Notes: generated from the letters alone by a model not told the origin. A stretch of 64,000 nucleotides of DNA from an uncultured Flavobacteriales bacterium (GCA_905612305.1 CAJQRK010000007.1:11886-75885), one strand, 5' to 3'. Positions 42,896 to 52,600 are shown, counted from the stretch's first letter. Numbers and translations are program-made.

Positions 42896-43821
42896 TAATA
42901 GTCATTTGTTCTAAAATTACCTTTTTCTTCCAAAAGCATATTTAAGTAATTTTTATACCTGCTTTCAGCAATTTCCCCATTTCCCAAAGCAGTTTTAACA
43001 GCACAATCTGGTTCATTTTTATGAATACAATTATGATATTTGCATTTTTGTTTAATGACGAAAAATTCAGGGAAATAATTTCCGATTTCATTAGGAGTTA
43101 ATTCTACCAAACCAAAACCTCTAATTCCTGGGGTGTCAATAATAGATGCTCCAAAATCCAAATCATACAATTCAGAAAAGGTAGTGGTATGCTGCCCTTG
43201 ATTGTGAGTGTCAGAAACCTGTTTAGTATTAATATTCAAATTAGGTTGAAACTTATTTATCAAAGTAGATTTCCCTACTCCAGAATGGCCAGAAATCATA
43301 TTAACCTTACCTTTCATTAGCGTTTTAATTACTGATAAATCATCATTCAGAACTGAAAAGGCAAAGAATTGATAGCCTATTTTTTCATAAATTTCTTGCA
43401 AATTATTTTTATTTTTCTGCATGGCATCATCTAACAAATCAATTTTATTTAACAATAAAATCACTTCTACTCCATAAGCATTTGCTGACACTAAAAAACG
43501 ATCAATAAAACCAGTTGTAGTCACTGGACTATCTAAGGTTATCATGAGTATTGCCTGATCAATATTAGCGGCAATAATATGGGTTTGTTTACTCAGGTTT
43601 ACTGACTTTCTGAGGATGTTATTTTTTCTTTCATGAAGTTTTATAATCATCCATAATTCTGATTCTTGTTCCAGCTCTACCTTATCTCCTACCACAATTG
43701 GATTGGTGCTTTTAATGCCTTTTATTCGGAATTTTCCTTTCAAGCGACATTGCACAATTTCACCATCAGTAATTTTTACTGTATAGCGTTTGCCTGTGGC
43801 TTTTATTACAACTCCATTCAT
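42895..43821 (-). CDS. rsgA: ribosome small-subunit-dependent GTPase A
   Basis: 308 aa. Circularly permuted GTPase (NKIDL ... GHSGVGKSTLIN ... DTPG) and Zn knuckle CKYHNCIHKNEPDC. Confidence 0.92.
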   Translation of the reverse strand: MNGVVIKATGKRYTVKITDGEIVQCRLKGKFRIKGIKSTNPIVVGDKVELEQESELWMIIKLHERKNNILRKSVNLSKQTHIIAANIDQAILMITLDSPVTTTGFIDRFLVSANAYGVEVILLLNKIDLLDDAMQKNKNNLQEIYEKIGYQFFAFSVLNDDLSVIKTLMKGKVNMISGHSGVGKSTLINKFQPNLNINTKQVSDTHNQGQHTTTFSELYDLDFGASIIDTPGIRGFGLVELTPNEIGNYFPEFFVIKQKCKYHNCIHKNEPDCAVKTALGNGEIAESRYKNYLNMLLEEKGNFRTNDY

Positions 43822-43826
43822 GAATG

Positions 43827-43834
43827 CAAATATA
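43827..43834 (-). promoter_or_regulatory. candidate -7 box for rsgA-dtd
   Basis: The minus strand reads TATATTTG, only 5 nt upstream of the rsgA ATG. Confidence 0.3.
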
Positions 43835-43849
43835 CGATTAGATTTTGCT

Positions 43850-43857
43850 TATATTTG
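43850..43857 (+). promoter_or_regulatory. candidate -7 box for ORF 43873
   Basis: TATATTTG, 15 nt upstream of the ATG at 43873. Confidence 0.35.
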
Positions 43858-43872
43858 GCAAAATAAAAAACT

Positions 43873-44850
43873 ATGAAATTCTTACTTTCTTTATTGATTA
43901 TCTTTCCATTACTAGTTAATGCACAACAGAACACAGTTTGTTTTACAATTGACCCTAACCCAAACATTAATGACCCAGCGCTTACTCCTTTTACAAAGTA
44001 TGTGGATGTGTTAGGGTGCTTTAGTATTTATGCGGAAAGCACAATATCGGATGTAAAAGTTTTACATGCAGCAGCAGTTGCTGCCGAATTATTGGACAAC
44101 AATGAAGATGGAATAGTCGACAATCCTTTAATTGAAGCGCAACTTATAAGTGAAAGTGCACTAATGCCTATTTTCTCCTCAGAGGGTTCGTCAGCAGAAA
44201 ACATATTTTCTAATAACTATAGCGGTGATGGAGTAAGTGCTGTACTTTATAAAAATGAAATTGATCCAACTCAAACAGGACATTGGGGAGATGACGCCTC
44301 AGTGGAAGAAATTATGCACACCATTAATCATGTAGGACACACCAATGTATATCCTACTGCTTTTAGTCTACAAGCAAACTCCTCACTTTTGACTGCTGCA
44401 ATGGATGTGGCTAGAGGGGGGCAATTTATGAGTGTTCCTAACAATTACCCCGCCTCTGCATGGTATCATTATGATGACTGGACTTGCGATTATGAGTGTA
44501 TGGCGATTGAATATATCTATTGGGCACAAGTAAGTACTATGGGTATTTTGGATGATGCTCAAACTGCTTCTGGAATTGCAAACGAATGGGAACCATATAA
44601 TGCTACACTTTTACAAAGTATGGATACATTAATATATGCCTTAATTACTAACCCTGTGTACAAATTACCACAATTAGCTCCTGATGGAAATTACTGCCCT
44701 AATACAACCTCAATTTCTGAAATAAATACCGGTAAAAAATTACTTACCATTATTGATGTTTTAGGAAGGACAACAAAAAGAACAAAGAATCAACCTCTTT
44801 TCTATATCTATGATGATGGAGCAGTAGAAAAAAAGATAGTTGTTGAGTAA
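43873..44850 (+). CDS. secreted hypothetical protein with short T9SS-like C-terminal tail
   Basis: 325 aa. Signal peptide MKFLLSLLIIFPLLVNA. Possible metal motif EEIMHTINHVGH. The tail ..IIDVLGRTTKRTKNQPLFYIYDDGAVEKKIVVE is shared with ORF 46145..47881. No family recognised. Confidence 0.6.
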   Translation: MKFLLSLLIIFPLLVNAQQNTVCFTIDPNPNINDPALTPFTKYVDVLGCFSIYAESTISDVKVLHAAAVAAELLDNNEDGIVDNPLIEAQLISESALMPIFSSEGSSAENIFSNNYSGDGVSAVLYKNEIDPTQTGHWGDDASVEEIMHTINHVGHTNVYPTAFSLQANSSLLTAAMDVARGGQFMSVPNNYPASAWYHYDDWTCDYECMAIEYIYWAQVSTMGILDDAQTASGIANEWEPYNATLLQSMDTLIYALITNPVYKLPQLAPDGNYCPNTTSISEINTGKKLLTIIDVLGRTTKRTKNQPLFYIYDDGAVEKKIVVE

Positions 44851-44854
44851 AATG

Positions 44855-44889
44855 AAAAAAGTATTACTCATTGGTATTGATGGGTGCAG
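44855..44889 (+). repeat. 35-nt direct repeat, copy 1 (relic 5' end of a paralog of ORF 46145)
   Basis: aaaaaagtattactcattggtattgatggGtgcag matches 46205-46239 at 34/35 positions. Preceded by ATG (44853) it would read MKKVLLIGIDGC, then degenerates. Confidence 0.9.
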
Positions 44890-45994
44890 TTTTTCTTTCA
44901 ATATCTTTTTCGGTTATGTATTTGGGATATATCTTTATTTTAGATAAAGGAAGTTCTATTAGCAAATAACTTATGATTGAAAATAAAATTGAAAACAGAA
45001 AAAAGACATAAATTTGAATTTGAGGCATTATACCAATCTGATTTACAAGGGTTAAAAATGGCTTATGGAACAAATACAAACTAAAGCTAATAGCACCTAT
45101 AAATCTTAGAAATTTTAATTCCAAAAAACGTTTGATTAATCCTCCACCATATTTTGCAGATAACAATATGATGCCCCACAGAATAGCATATGGAAAATAA
45201 AAAATGGATGAGTGAAAGTTTATTTTAAAACCAAATAGTTTCTCAAAATAAAAAGGGATCGTAATGAAGATCAATGCAAAAGCAATCACTCCTATAAGAT
45301 TAAATAGCTCCGGTTTAATATTTTGTTGTAATTGTCTCTTAAATAGAAGCTCATAGATAGAAATAATCGTTCCAACAAGAAAAATTGGAAAATACCTAAA
45401 TGTTGAAACTAATGGTAAATGAAAAATTAATTCTATCGCAATAGATATAACAACAATAAGTATAAAAACAAACAGTAATTTTCCTGCACTCCATTTAAGG
45501 AACTTATGACAAAACCACATGATTAATGGAGAAATAAAATAATATTTAAATTCAACAGGTATAGACCAAAATATACTTTCTCCTTTAAGTAAAATCATAT
45601 GCAAAGGAATATCAATTATACTGTCAATAACTGTTTTTACTCCTACTAAATTTAGTAATCCATGAAAAATCAAAGCAATTACAAATAACGGATAGATTCT
45701 TAGAAATCGTCTTAAAAAATAATTTTTCCAATAGCCTATGGAAGATTTATTTGCTATAAAAGCTAAAGCAATTTGTCTGTCAAGTAAATAGGCTGATAAA
45801 ACAAAAAATAAATAAACACCAACCTTACCCATTGCATGAAAATTAATTATTGGATGAATAAACATTTTGGCATTGCTAGCATGAGATAAAATAACAAAAA
45901 GTACTGCTATTCCCCTAAGGCCATCAAGAGATTTAAAGTGTTCAGGTTTATTGTCGTGGGGAAAGAATAATTTATTAAATTTATCTTTTATCAT
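44864..45994 (-). CDS. acyltransferase family 3 integral membrane protein
   Basis: 376 aa polytopic protein with N-terminal motif LDGLRGIAVLFVILSHA typical of acyltransferase_3. Its last 8 codons plus stop lie antisense to repeat copy 1. Confidence 0.8.
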   Translation of the reverse strand: MIKDKFNKLFFPHDNKPEHFKSLDGLRGIAVLFVILSHASNAKMFIHPIINFHAMGKVGVYLFFVLSAYLLDRQIALAFIANKSSIGYWKNYFLRRFLRIYPLFVIALIFHGLLNLVGVKTVIDSIIDIPLHMILLKGESIFWSIPVEFKYYFISPLIMWFCHKFLKWSAGKLLFVFILIVVISIAIELIFHLPLVSTFRYFPIFLVGTIISIYELLFKRQLQQNIKPELFNLIGVIAFALIFITIPFYFEKLFGFKINFHSSIFYFPYAILWGIILLSAKYGGGLIKRFLELKFLRFIGAISFSLYLFHKPFLTLVNQIGIMPQIQIYVFFLFSILFSIISYLLIELPLSKIKIYPKYITEKDIERKTAPINTNE

Positions 45995-46132
45995 GATTGT
46001 TTTAATTACAGTGAACGATTGGCTATATGCAATAGTACAAAAAAAGCGGAACCTTAACTCAAAATGAGATGGATTCTGCTTTAGGAGGCTACGATCCGTA
46101 TTTCAAACTTTTTTGAAGAAACCAATTTTGTG

Positions 46133-46140
46133 TAAATTTG
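46133..46140 (+). promoter_or_regulatory. candidate -7 box for ORF 46145, with possible -33 TTTG at 46112-46115
   Basis: TAAATTTG lies 4 nt upstream of the ATG. A TTTG sits 17 nt upstream of the box. Confidence 0.35.
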
Positions 46141-46144
46141 CTTT

Positions 46145-47881
46145 ATGGAAAAACTACTACTTGCTTTACTTTGCTTGCCTTTTTTTATCAACGCACAAAC
46201 AACCAAAAAAGTATTACTCATTGGTATTGATGGCTGCAGAGCAGATGCTTTGGAATTGGCAAATACTCCAACTATTGATAATCTTATAGCAAATGGTGTT
46301 TACAGCCCAGATGCGCTAAATGATGATATTACAATTAGCGGACCTGGTTGGTCAGCAATATTATGTGGGGTATGGTCCAACAAACATTTGTCAATTGATA
46401 ATAGTTTTGTTGGAACTGATTACATCAATTACCCTCCTCTTTTCAAACGTATTGAGGATTTTGATGCTAACTTACATACGGTTTCTATTTGTAATTGGAA
46501 TCCGATCAATGATTATGTTGTTCAAAATTATGCCGACTACAAACTTAATGTCTCTTCAGATGCAGATGTAAGTTCAGGAGCTTCTACATATCTTTCCATA
46601 AACGATCCGGACATGATGTTTCTTCATTTTGATGATGTGGATCATGCAGGACATTCTGATGGGTTTTCACCAAATGTGAACCAATATATTACAGCCATTG
46701 AAGCAGTAGATGCATTACTTGCTCCAATTATGCAAACTATTTCCCAGCGCCCAAATTATGCCAATGAAGATTGGCTTGTACTTATTACAAGTGATCATGG
46801 TGGAGTTGGAACTTCTCACGGTGGCACAAGTATTGAACATCAGAATGTGGTAGTAATTGCAAGTGGCAATACTATTACACAAAATATTATTCGAAAAGAC
46901 AGTAGTTTGATTTTTGATAGCGTCTATAATTGCTTGGCAGATACAGTAGAATTACAATTTGATGGGGTTGATGATTATGTGCAGATCCCTTCAAATCCTA
47001 TTTATAATTTTGGTAGCAACCAAGATTTTACAATTGAATGCAGAGTCCGTACAAATACAACTGGAGATGTAGCTATTATTGGAAATAAAGACTGGGGTTC
47101 AGGAAATAATGCTGGTTTTGTTTTTTCATTTAAATACCCTGTAGGACCAGAATGGAAAGTAAATATTGGTGATGGAACAAATAGGGTAGATATTGATGTT
47201 GGAGGATTGATTGCTGACAACCAATGGCATACGCTAAGCGTAAGTTTTGATAGAGATGGATATATGAAAATGTATGAAGATGGCCAGCTTTTAGATTCTG
47301 CAAATATATCAACAGTTGGAGACATTACAACAAATGCTGGTTTATTTTTTGGAATGGACATCAATCAAAGTTATGGATACAATGGTTCCGTAGCAGAAGT
47401 AAGGGTTTGGAATACTTTAGTTGATAATCAAAATATCCAATCTTGGAATTGCAGTCATTTGGATAACACCCACCCTAATTTTAATAATTTGATAGGATAT
47501 TGGAGATTAAATGATGGGGCAAATGCAAGTCAAGTTATAGATTATTCCACCAGCAATGTCAATGGCAATATCAATAATGCAAGTTGGTATAGCCCTCATT
47601 CACTATGGGTGTACGATTATAGTAATACGCCAAGAATTGTAGATGTTGCTGTTACGGCTCTTACTCATTTATGCGTTCCGATAGATGGTGGTTGGCAATT
47701 GGATGGAGTGAGCTTAATTCTAAATTGCACAGGGACCATCTTAGAAGAAATAGACAAAGCGCCAAAAGGTCTTGTTAAAATTACAGATATCCTTGGCAGA
47801 ACTACAAAAACAACAAACAATAACCCACTCTTTTACATCTATGATGATGGAACAGTAGAAAAAAAATTAATTCTTGAATAA
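46145..47881 (+). CDS. secreted alkaline-phosphatase-superfamily phosphodiesterase/nucleotide pyrophosphatase fused to a LamG (concanavalin A-like) domain, with T9SS-like tail
   Basis: 578 aa. Signal peptide MEKLLLALLCLPFFINA. Metal-site motifs GIDGCRADA, DDVDHAGHSDG, TSDHGG. LamG-like LQFDGVDDYVQIP...GSVAEVRVWN. Tail ..ITDILGRTTKTTNNNPLFYIYDDGTVEKKLILE. Confidence 0.8.
   Translation: MEKLLLALLCLPFFINAQTTKKVLLIGIDGCRADALELANTPTIDNLIANGVYSPDALNDDITISGPGWSAILCGVWSNKHLSIDNSFVGTDYINYPPLFKRIEDFDANLHTVSICNWNPINDYVVQNYADYKLNVSSDADVSSGASTYLSINDPDMMFLHFDDVDHAGHSDGFSPNVNQYITAIEAVDALLAPIMQTISQRPNYANEDWLVLITSDHGGVGTSHGGTSIEHQNVVVIASGNTITQNIIRKDSSLIFDSVYNCLADTVELQFDGVDDYVQIPSNPIYNFGSNQDFTIECRVRTNTTGDVAIIGNKDWGSGNNAGFVFSFKYPVGPEWKVNIGDGTNRVDIDVGGLIADNQWHTLSVSFDRDGYMKMYEDGQLLDSANISTVGDITTNAGLFFGMDINQSYGYNGSVAEVRVWNTLVDNQNIQSWNCSHLDNTHPNFNNLIGYWRLNDGANASQVIDYSTSNVNGNINNASWYSPHSLWVYDYSNTPRIVDVAVTALTHLCVPIDGGWQLDGVSLILNCTGTILEEIDKAPKGLVKITDILGRTTKTTNNNPLFYIYDDGTVEKKLILE
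46205..46239 (+). repeat. 35-nt direct repeat, copy 2 (inside ORF 46145, encodes KKVLLIGIDGCR)
   Basis: Matches 44855-44889 at 34/35 positions. Confidence 0.9.
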
Positions 47882-47884
47882 ATA

Positions 47885-47915
47885 AAACCCGCTCAAATGA
47901 GTGGGTTTATTTTTG
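47885..47915 (+). terminator. Rho-independent terminator after ORF 46145
   Basis: AAACCCGCT-caaatg-AGTGGGTTT followed by ATTTTT. Confidence 0.7.
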
Positions 47916-47962
47916 GTGGGCCTTACGACACTAAGTTCGAGCTTTTTTAGAAAATTAATAAG

Positions 47963-47970
47963 TAAGTTTG
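47963..47970 (+). promoter_or_regulatory. candidate -7 box for the ABC ATPase gene
   Basis: TAAGTTTG, 38 nt upstream of the ATG at 48009. A second match, TACATTTG, at 47997-48004. Confidence 0.3.
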
Positions 47971-48008
47971 TATTATGAGAAAACTACTAATTCTATTACA
48001 TTTGCCTT

Positions 48009-48710
48009 ATGTCAATTACTATTGAAAAAGTAAATAAGTTTTACGGCAAACAACAAGCGCTTGCTGATATTTCCTTTTCGTTAAAAAAAGGAGAAATAGT
48101 CGCTTTCTTAGGCCCAAATGGAGCAGGGAAATCTACACTCATGAAAATTATAACTTGTTATTTTCAGCAAGATTCAGGTAAAGTTAAAGTCTGTGATTTG
48201 GACACGCAAGAGAAAGACATCTTAGTAAAAGCCAAAATTGGTTATCTTCCAGAGCACAATCCACTTTATACCGACATGTACATTAAAGAATATCTGTCTT
48301 TTGTAGGTAGTATTTATAAGATTGAGAATCTTAAAAATCGTATTGTAGAAATAATTCAGCAAACTGGATTAACTACTGAGCAAAGCAGAAAAATAAAAGA
48401 GCTTTCCAAAGGATTCAAGCAAAGAGTTGGTTTGGCAGCTGCACTTATTCATAATCCAGAAGTGCTTATATTAGATGAGCCTACCACAGGTTTGGATCCT
48501 AATCAGTTAGTCGAAATCCGAAATTTGATTAAAGAAGTTGGGAAAGAAAAAACCGTATTGCTATCTACTCACATCATGCAAGAAGTGGATAAAATGTGTA
48601 ATCGTGTAATCATCATCAATAAAGGAAAAATTGTAGAAGATCAACTTATCAGCAATTTACAAAAAGGTAATATTAACCTAGAAGAACATTTTAGAAAGCT
48701 GACTACCTAA
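48009..48710 (+). CDS. ABC transporter ATP-binding protein (ABC-2 type, GldA-like)
   Basis: 233 aa. Walker A GPNGAGKST, signature LSKGFKQRV, Walker B ILILDEPT. The N-terminal region resembles my recollection of gliding-motility GldA. No permease gene is adjacent. Confidence 0.85.
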   Translation: MSITIEKVNKFYGKQQALADISFSLKKGEIVAFLGPNGAGKSTLMKIITCYFQQDSGKVKVCDLDTQEKDILVKAKIGYLPEHNPLYTDMYIKEYLSFVGSIYKIENLKNRIVEIIQQTGLTTEQSRKIKELSKGFKQRVGLAAALIHNPEVLILDEPTTGLDPNQLVEIRNLIKEVGKEKTVLLSTHIMQEVDKMCNRVIIINKGKIVEDQLISNLQKGNINLEEHFRKLTT

Positions 48711-49660
48711 GCAAAGGCTCCAACAATTTTCTGCACATTATCTGATTTTCCCATGGTATAGAAGTGAATACAAGGCGCCCCAAACTCAATCAATTCTTTT
48801 GTTTGCTGAATCGCCCACTCCACTCCTACTTGTCTAATCTGTTCATTAGTCTTACATTCTAGCACCTCATCAACCAAAGGGTTCGGTATATTCAAATGAA
48901 ATCTTTGTGGCAGTAATGTTAACTGCTTATTCGTTGACATAGGCTTTAATCCTGGAATAATAGGAATATTAATATCGTTTTCTCGGCATAAGTTTACAAA
49001 ATCAAAATACTGCTGATTGTCAAAAAACATTTGCGTAACAATATAATCAGCTCCTGCCTCTACTTTCTTTTTCAAAAAATGAATATCCGAACGCATATTA
49101 GATGCTTCAAAATGCTTTTCAGGATAACCCGCCACCCCTACACAAAAATCAGTTGAAGCAGAATTCTTTAATTCATCATCCAAATAGATTCCTTTGTTCA
49201 TCTGATTTACTTGTTGTAATAATTCTGAGGCATAACTATGACCCCCTTCATTTGGTTTAAAATAAGTTTCCGATTTTATAGGGTCGCCTCTTAATACCAA
49301 AACATTATCAACACCTAAGAAATCCAAATCAATTAAAGCGTTTTCAGTTTCTTCCTGATTAAAACCTCCACAAATAATATGAGGAACTGTGTCCACATTA
49401 TATTTATTCATAATAGCAGCGCAGATCCCAACTGTTCCTGGTCTTTTTCTAACAGACCTTCTTTCCAGCAATCCATCTTTTCTTTTTTTATATACATACT
49501 CTTCTCTGTGATAAGTTACATCAATAAAAGGAGGATTAAACTCCATTAAAGGATCTAAAGAATTATAAATGGATTCTATGCTCGTTCCTTTTAAAGGGGG
49601 TAGAATCTCAAAAGAGAATAAAGTTTGCTTTGCGTTTTTGATGTGTTCAGTTACTTTCAT
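48707..49660 (-). CDS. metF: methylenetetrahydrofolate reductase
   Basis: 317 aa with MTHFR family sequence (..FSFEILPP.., ..GVAGYPEKH..). Immediately downstream of metH. Confidence 0.92.
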   Translation of the reverse strand: MKVTEHIKNAKQTLFSFEILPPLKGTSIESIYNSLDPLMEFNPPFIDVTYHREEYVYKKRKDGLLERRSVRKRPGTVGICAAIMNKYNVDTVPHIICGGFNQEETENALIDLDFLGVDNVLVLRGDPIKSETYFKPNEGGHSYASELLQQVNQMNKGIYLDDELKNSASTDFCVGVAGYPEKHFEASNMRSDIHFLKKKVEAGADYIVTQMFFDNQQYFDFVNLCRENDINIPIIPGLKPMSTNKQLTLLPQRFHLNIPNPLVDEVLECKTNEQIRQVGVEWAIQQTKELIEFGAPCIHFYTMGKSDNVQKIVGAFA

Positions 49661-49669
49661 AAATTTATT

Positions 49670-52600
49670 TTATATGTTTGAGCGGAGCCATTTCTCCACA
49701 TTTTCAATACTCATATTTTTTCGTTTTGCATAATCTTTTATTTGATCATCTTGTACTTTCCCTACACTGAAATACTTAGCTTCAGGATGTGCAAAATAAT
49801 AGCCACTTACAGTAGATGCTGGTTTCATAGCCATGCTTTCAGTGAGGCTCACAGCAATACTTTTTTCAGCATCTAATAATTCAAAAATCTTTAATTTTTC
49901 GGTATGATCAGGGCAAGCAGTATATCCAGGGGCTGGACGGATTCCCTTATACTCCTCTTTAATTAAGTCTTCATTTTTAAATACCTCATCAGATGCATAT
50001 CCCCAAATTTCTTTGCGAATTTTCTTGTGCATATATTCGGTCAGTGCCTCAGCTAATCTATCTGCAATGGCCTTAAGCATAATACTATTATAATCATCAT
50101 GACCTTTTTCAAAAACAGCTAATTGCTTTTCAATTCCCAAGCCTGCCGTACATACAAAAGAACCTATATAATCCTTTTTTTCTGAACTAAGCGGAGCAAC
50201 AAAATCAGAAAGACATCTATTACTTTTACTCTTTTTACCTTGCTGACGCAAGAAATTATAAGTTGCTATTTTTTTCTTGTTTTCATATAAATACACATCA
50301 TCCCCATCAGAATTTGCACTCCAAACCCCAATAACAGCTTTGGCTTTCAACCAATTATTCGCAATTATATTATCTAACATAGCATTAGCGTCTTCCAATA
50401 ACTGCTTAGCTTGTTCGCCAAATATTTTATCCTCCAAAATGGCAGGGTATTTTTTACGCATCTCCCAAGTAAAAAAGAAAGGCGTCCAATCAATATAATT
50501 TCGGATAGTTGCTATATCAATGTCTTCAAAAACTTGTACTCCAAGCTGATTTGCAGTAGGAAGATTTTCTTTGTCCCAATCGGTTACAGCAGCATTTTCT
50601 CTTGCCTTAGCAATACTTACATATTCTTTTTCTGATTTTCTGTTCAAATAATTTCTCTTAATTATATCGTACTCAACAGCAACACCTGCTCTGAAACTTT
50701 GCTGTTCTTTTCCAATTAATTTTGCTGTAACGCCAACTGCCTTTGAAGCATCCAGCACATGTATAACTGTATTGCTATTGTAATGTTCATTAATTTTTAC
50801 AGCCGTATGAATCTTGGAAGTAGTAGCTCCTCCAATCATCAGTGGCACTTTAAAATCATTCCTTTGCATCTCCTTAGCTACATCAATCATCTCGTCCAAA
50901 GAAGGTGTAATCAATCCGCTCAATCCAATAACATCTACTTCATTTTTTTTGGCTTCTTCCAAAATTTTATTAGCAGGAACCATTACGCCCAAATCAATAA
51001 TTTCGTAATTATTACACCCCAAAACCACACCAAGAATATTCTTGCCTATATCATGCACATCCCCTTTTACAGTTGCTAAAAGCACTTTTCCTGCCTTGCT
51101 ACTTTCTGTTTTTCCTTGCTCAATATAAGGCGTAAGTATCGCCACTGCTTTTTTCATCACCCTTGCACTTTTCACTACTTGCGGTAAAAACATTTTTCCT
51201 GAACCAAAAAGATCTCCCACCACTCCCATTCCATCCATAAGCGGACCCTCAATTACATCTAAAGGTCGTGCTGATTTTAATCGCGCTTCTTCTGTATCTT
51301 GCTCAATAAAGGCAACTATTCCTTTTACCAAAGCATGTGACAATCTCCCCTCAACCGACTGTTCACGCCAAGATAAATCTTCTACTCTTTTTTTCCCTTC
51401 TCCCTTAATATTGTCAGCTAAATCCACCAAGCGTTCAGTTGCCCCATCATCTTTATTAAGTATTACATCTTCCACTGCTTTGAGTAAATATTTTGGGACA
51501 TCTTCATATACTTCAATCATTCCTGCATTTACAATTCCCATATCCATCCCGTTATTAATAGCATGGTATAAAAATGAAGAATGCATGGCTTCACGGACAA
51601 TATTATTTCCTCTAAATGAAAAAGAAACATTACTCACCCCGCCACTCACTTTAGCATAAGGAAGGTTTTCTTTTATCCACTTTGTAGCCTTAAAAAAATC
51701 AACTGCATAATTATTATGCTCTTCAATTCCAGTGGCTACTGTTAAAATATTAGGATCAAAAATGATATCCTCAGCAGGAAAACCAATTTCATCTACTAAA
51801 ATACGATAAGCTCTTTCGCAAATTCTGATTTTCTCCTTATAATCAACAGCCTGTCCTTTTTCATCAAAAGCCATCACCACCACAGCAGCCCCATATTTTA
51901 ATATGGTTTCTGCGTGTTGTCTAAATACATCCTCGCCTTCTTTTAAAGAAATAGAATTCACAATTCCTTTTCCTTGTATGCACTTAAGTCCTGCCTCAAT
52001 AATATGCCATTTTGAAGAATCTACCATAATTGGCACTTTGGAAATATCGGGATCAGATCCTATCAAATTTAAGAAATGAGTCATGCACTCCTGTCCTTCC
52101 AACATCCCATCATCCATATTAATGTCAATAGCTTGCGCTCCTCCTTGTACTTGATGCAATGCCACTTCCAAAGCCGCCTCCAAATTATCCTCCTTTATTA
52201 ATCTCTTAAATTTTAGCGAACCCATCACATTTGTACGCTCCCCAATATTTGCAAAATTACTCTCTTGTGAAATAGTAACCGCTTCCAAACCGCTCAAGCG
52301 CATAGCCTTGCTAAGTACTGGAATTACTCGGGGGGTATATTTACTTGCAATGCGCGCAAATTCCGAAATATGATCAGGTGTTGTTCCGCAACAACCCCCT
52401 ACAATATTAACCAAAGCACTTTGCATAAAATCTTCTAATTGAGCTCCCATTTCTGCTGGACTTTCATCATATTCTCCCATTTCATTAGGTAAACCTGCAT
52501 TTGGATAAGCGCTTACATAAAAAGGAGCTTTTTTTGCTAATTCTCGTATATAAGGTCGCATAGCCTTAGTGCCCAAAGCACAATTAAAACCTACACTTAA

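Noticed and set aside
46320-47364. ORFs 46320..46571 (+), 47002..47364 (-) and 47130..47312 (-).
   Set aside because: They are out-of-frame or antisense overlaps with the well-supported phosphodiesterase-LamG ORF.
47975-48025. 17-codon mini-ORF MRKLLILLHLPYVNYY upstream of and overlapping the ABC ATPase start. Its first codons resemble the signal-peptide start of ORF 46145 (aaaactacta shared).
   Set aside because: It is very short and out of frame with the ATPase, and the similarity is only about 10 nt of A/T-rich sequence. It could be another relic, but the evidence is insufficient.
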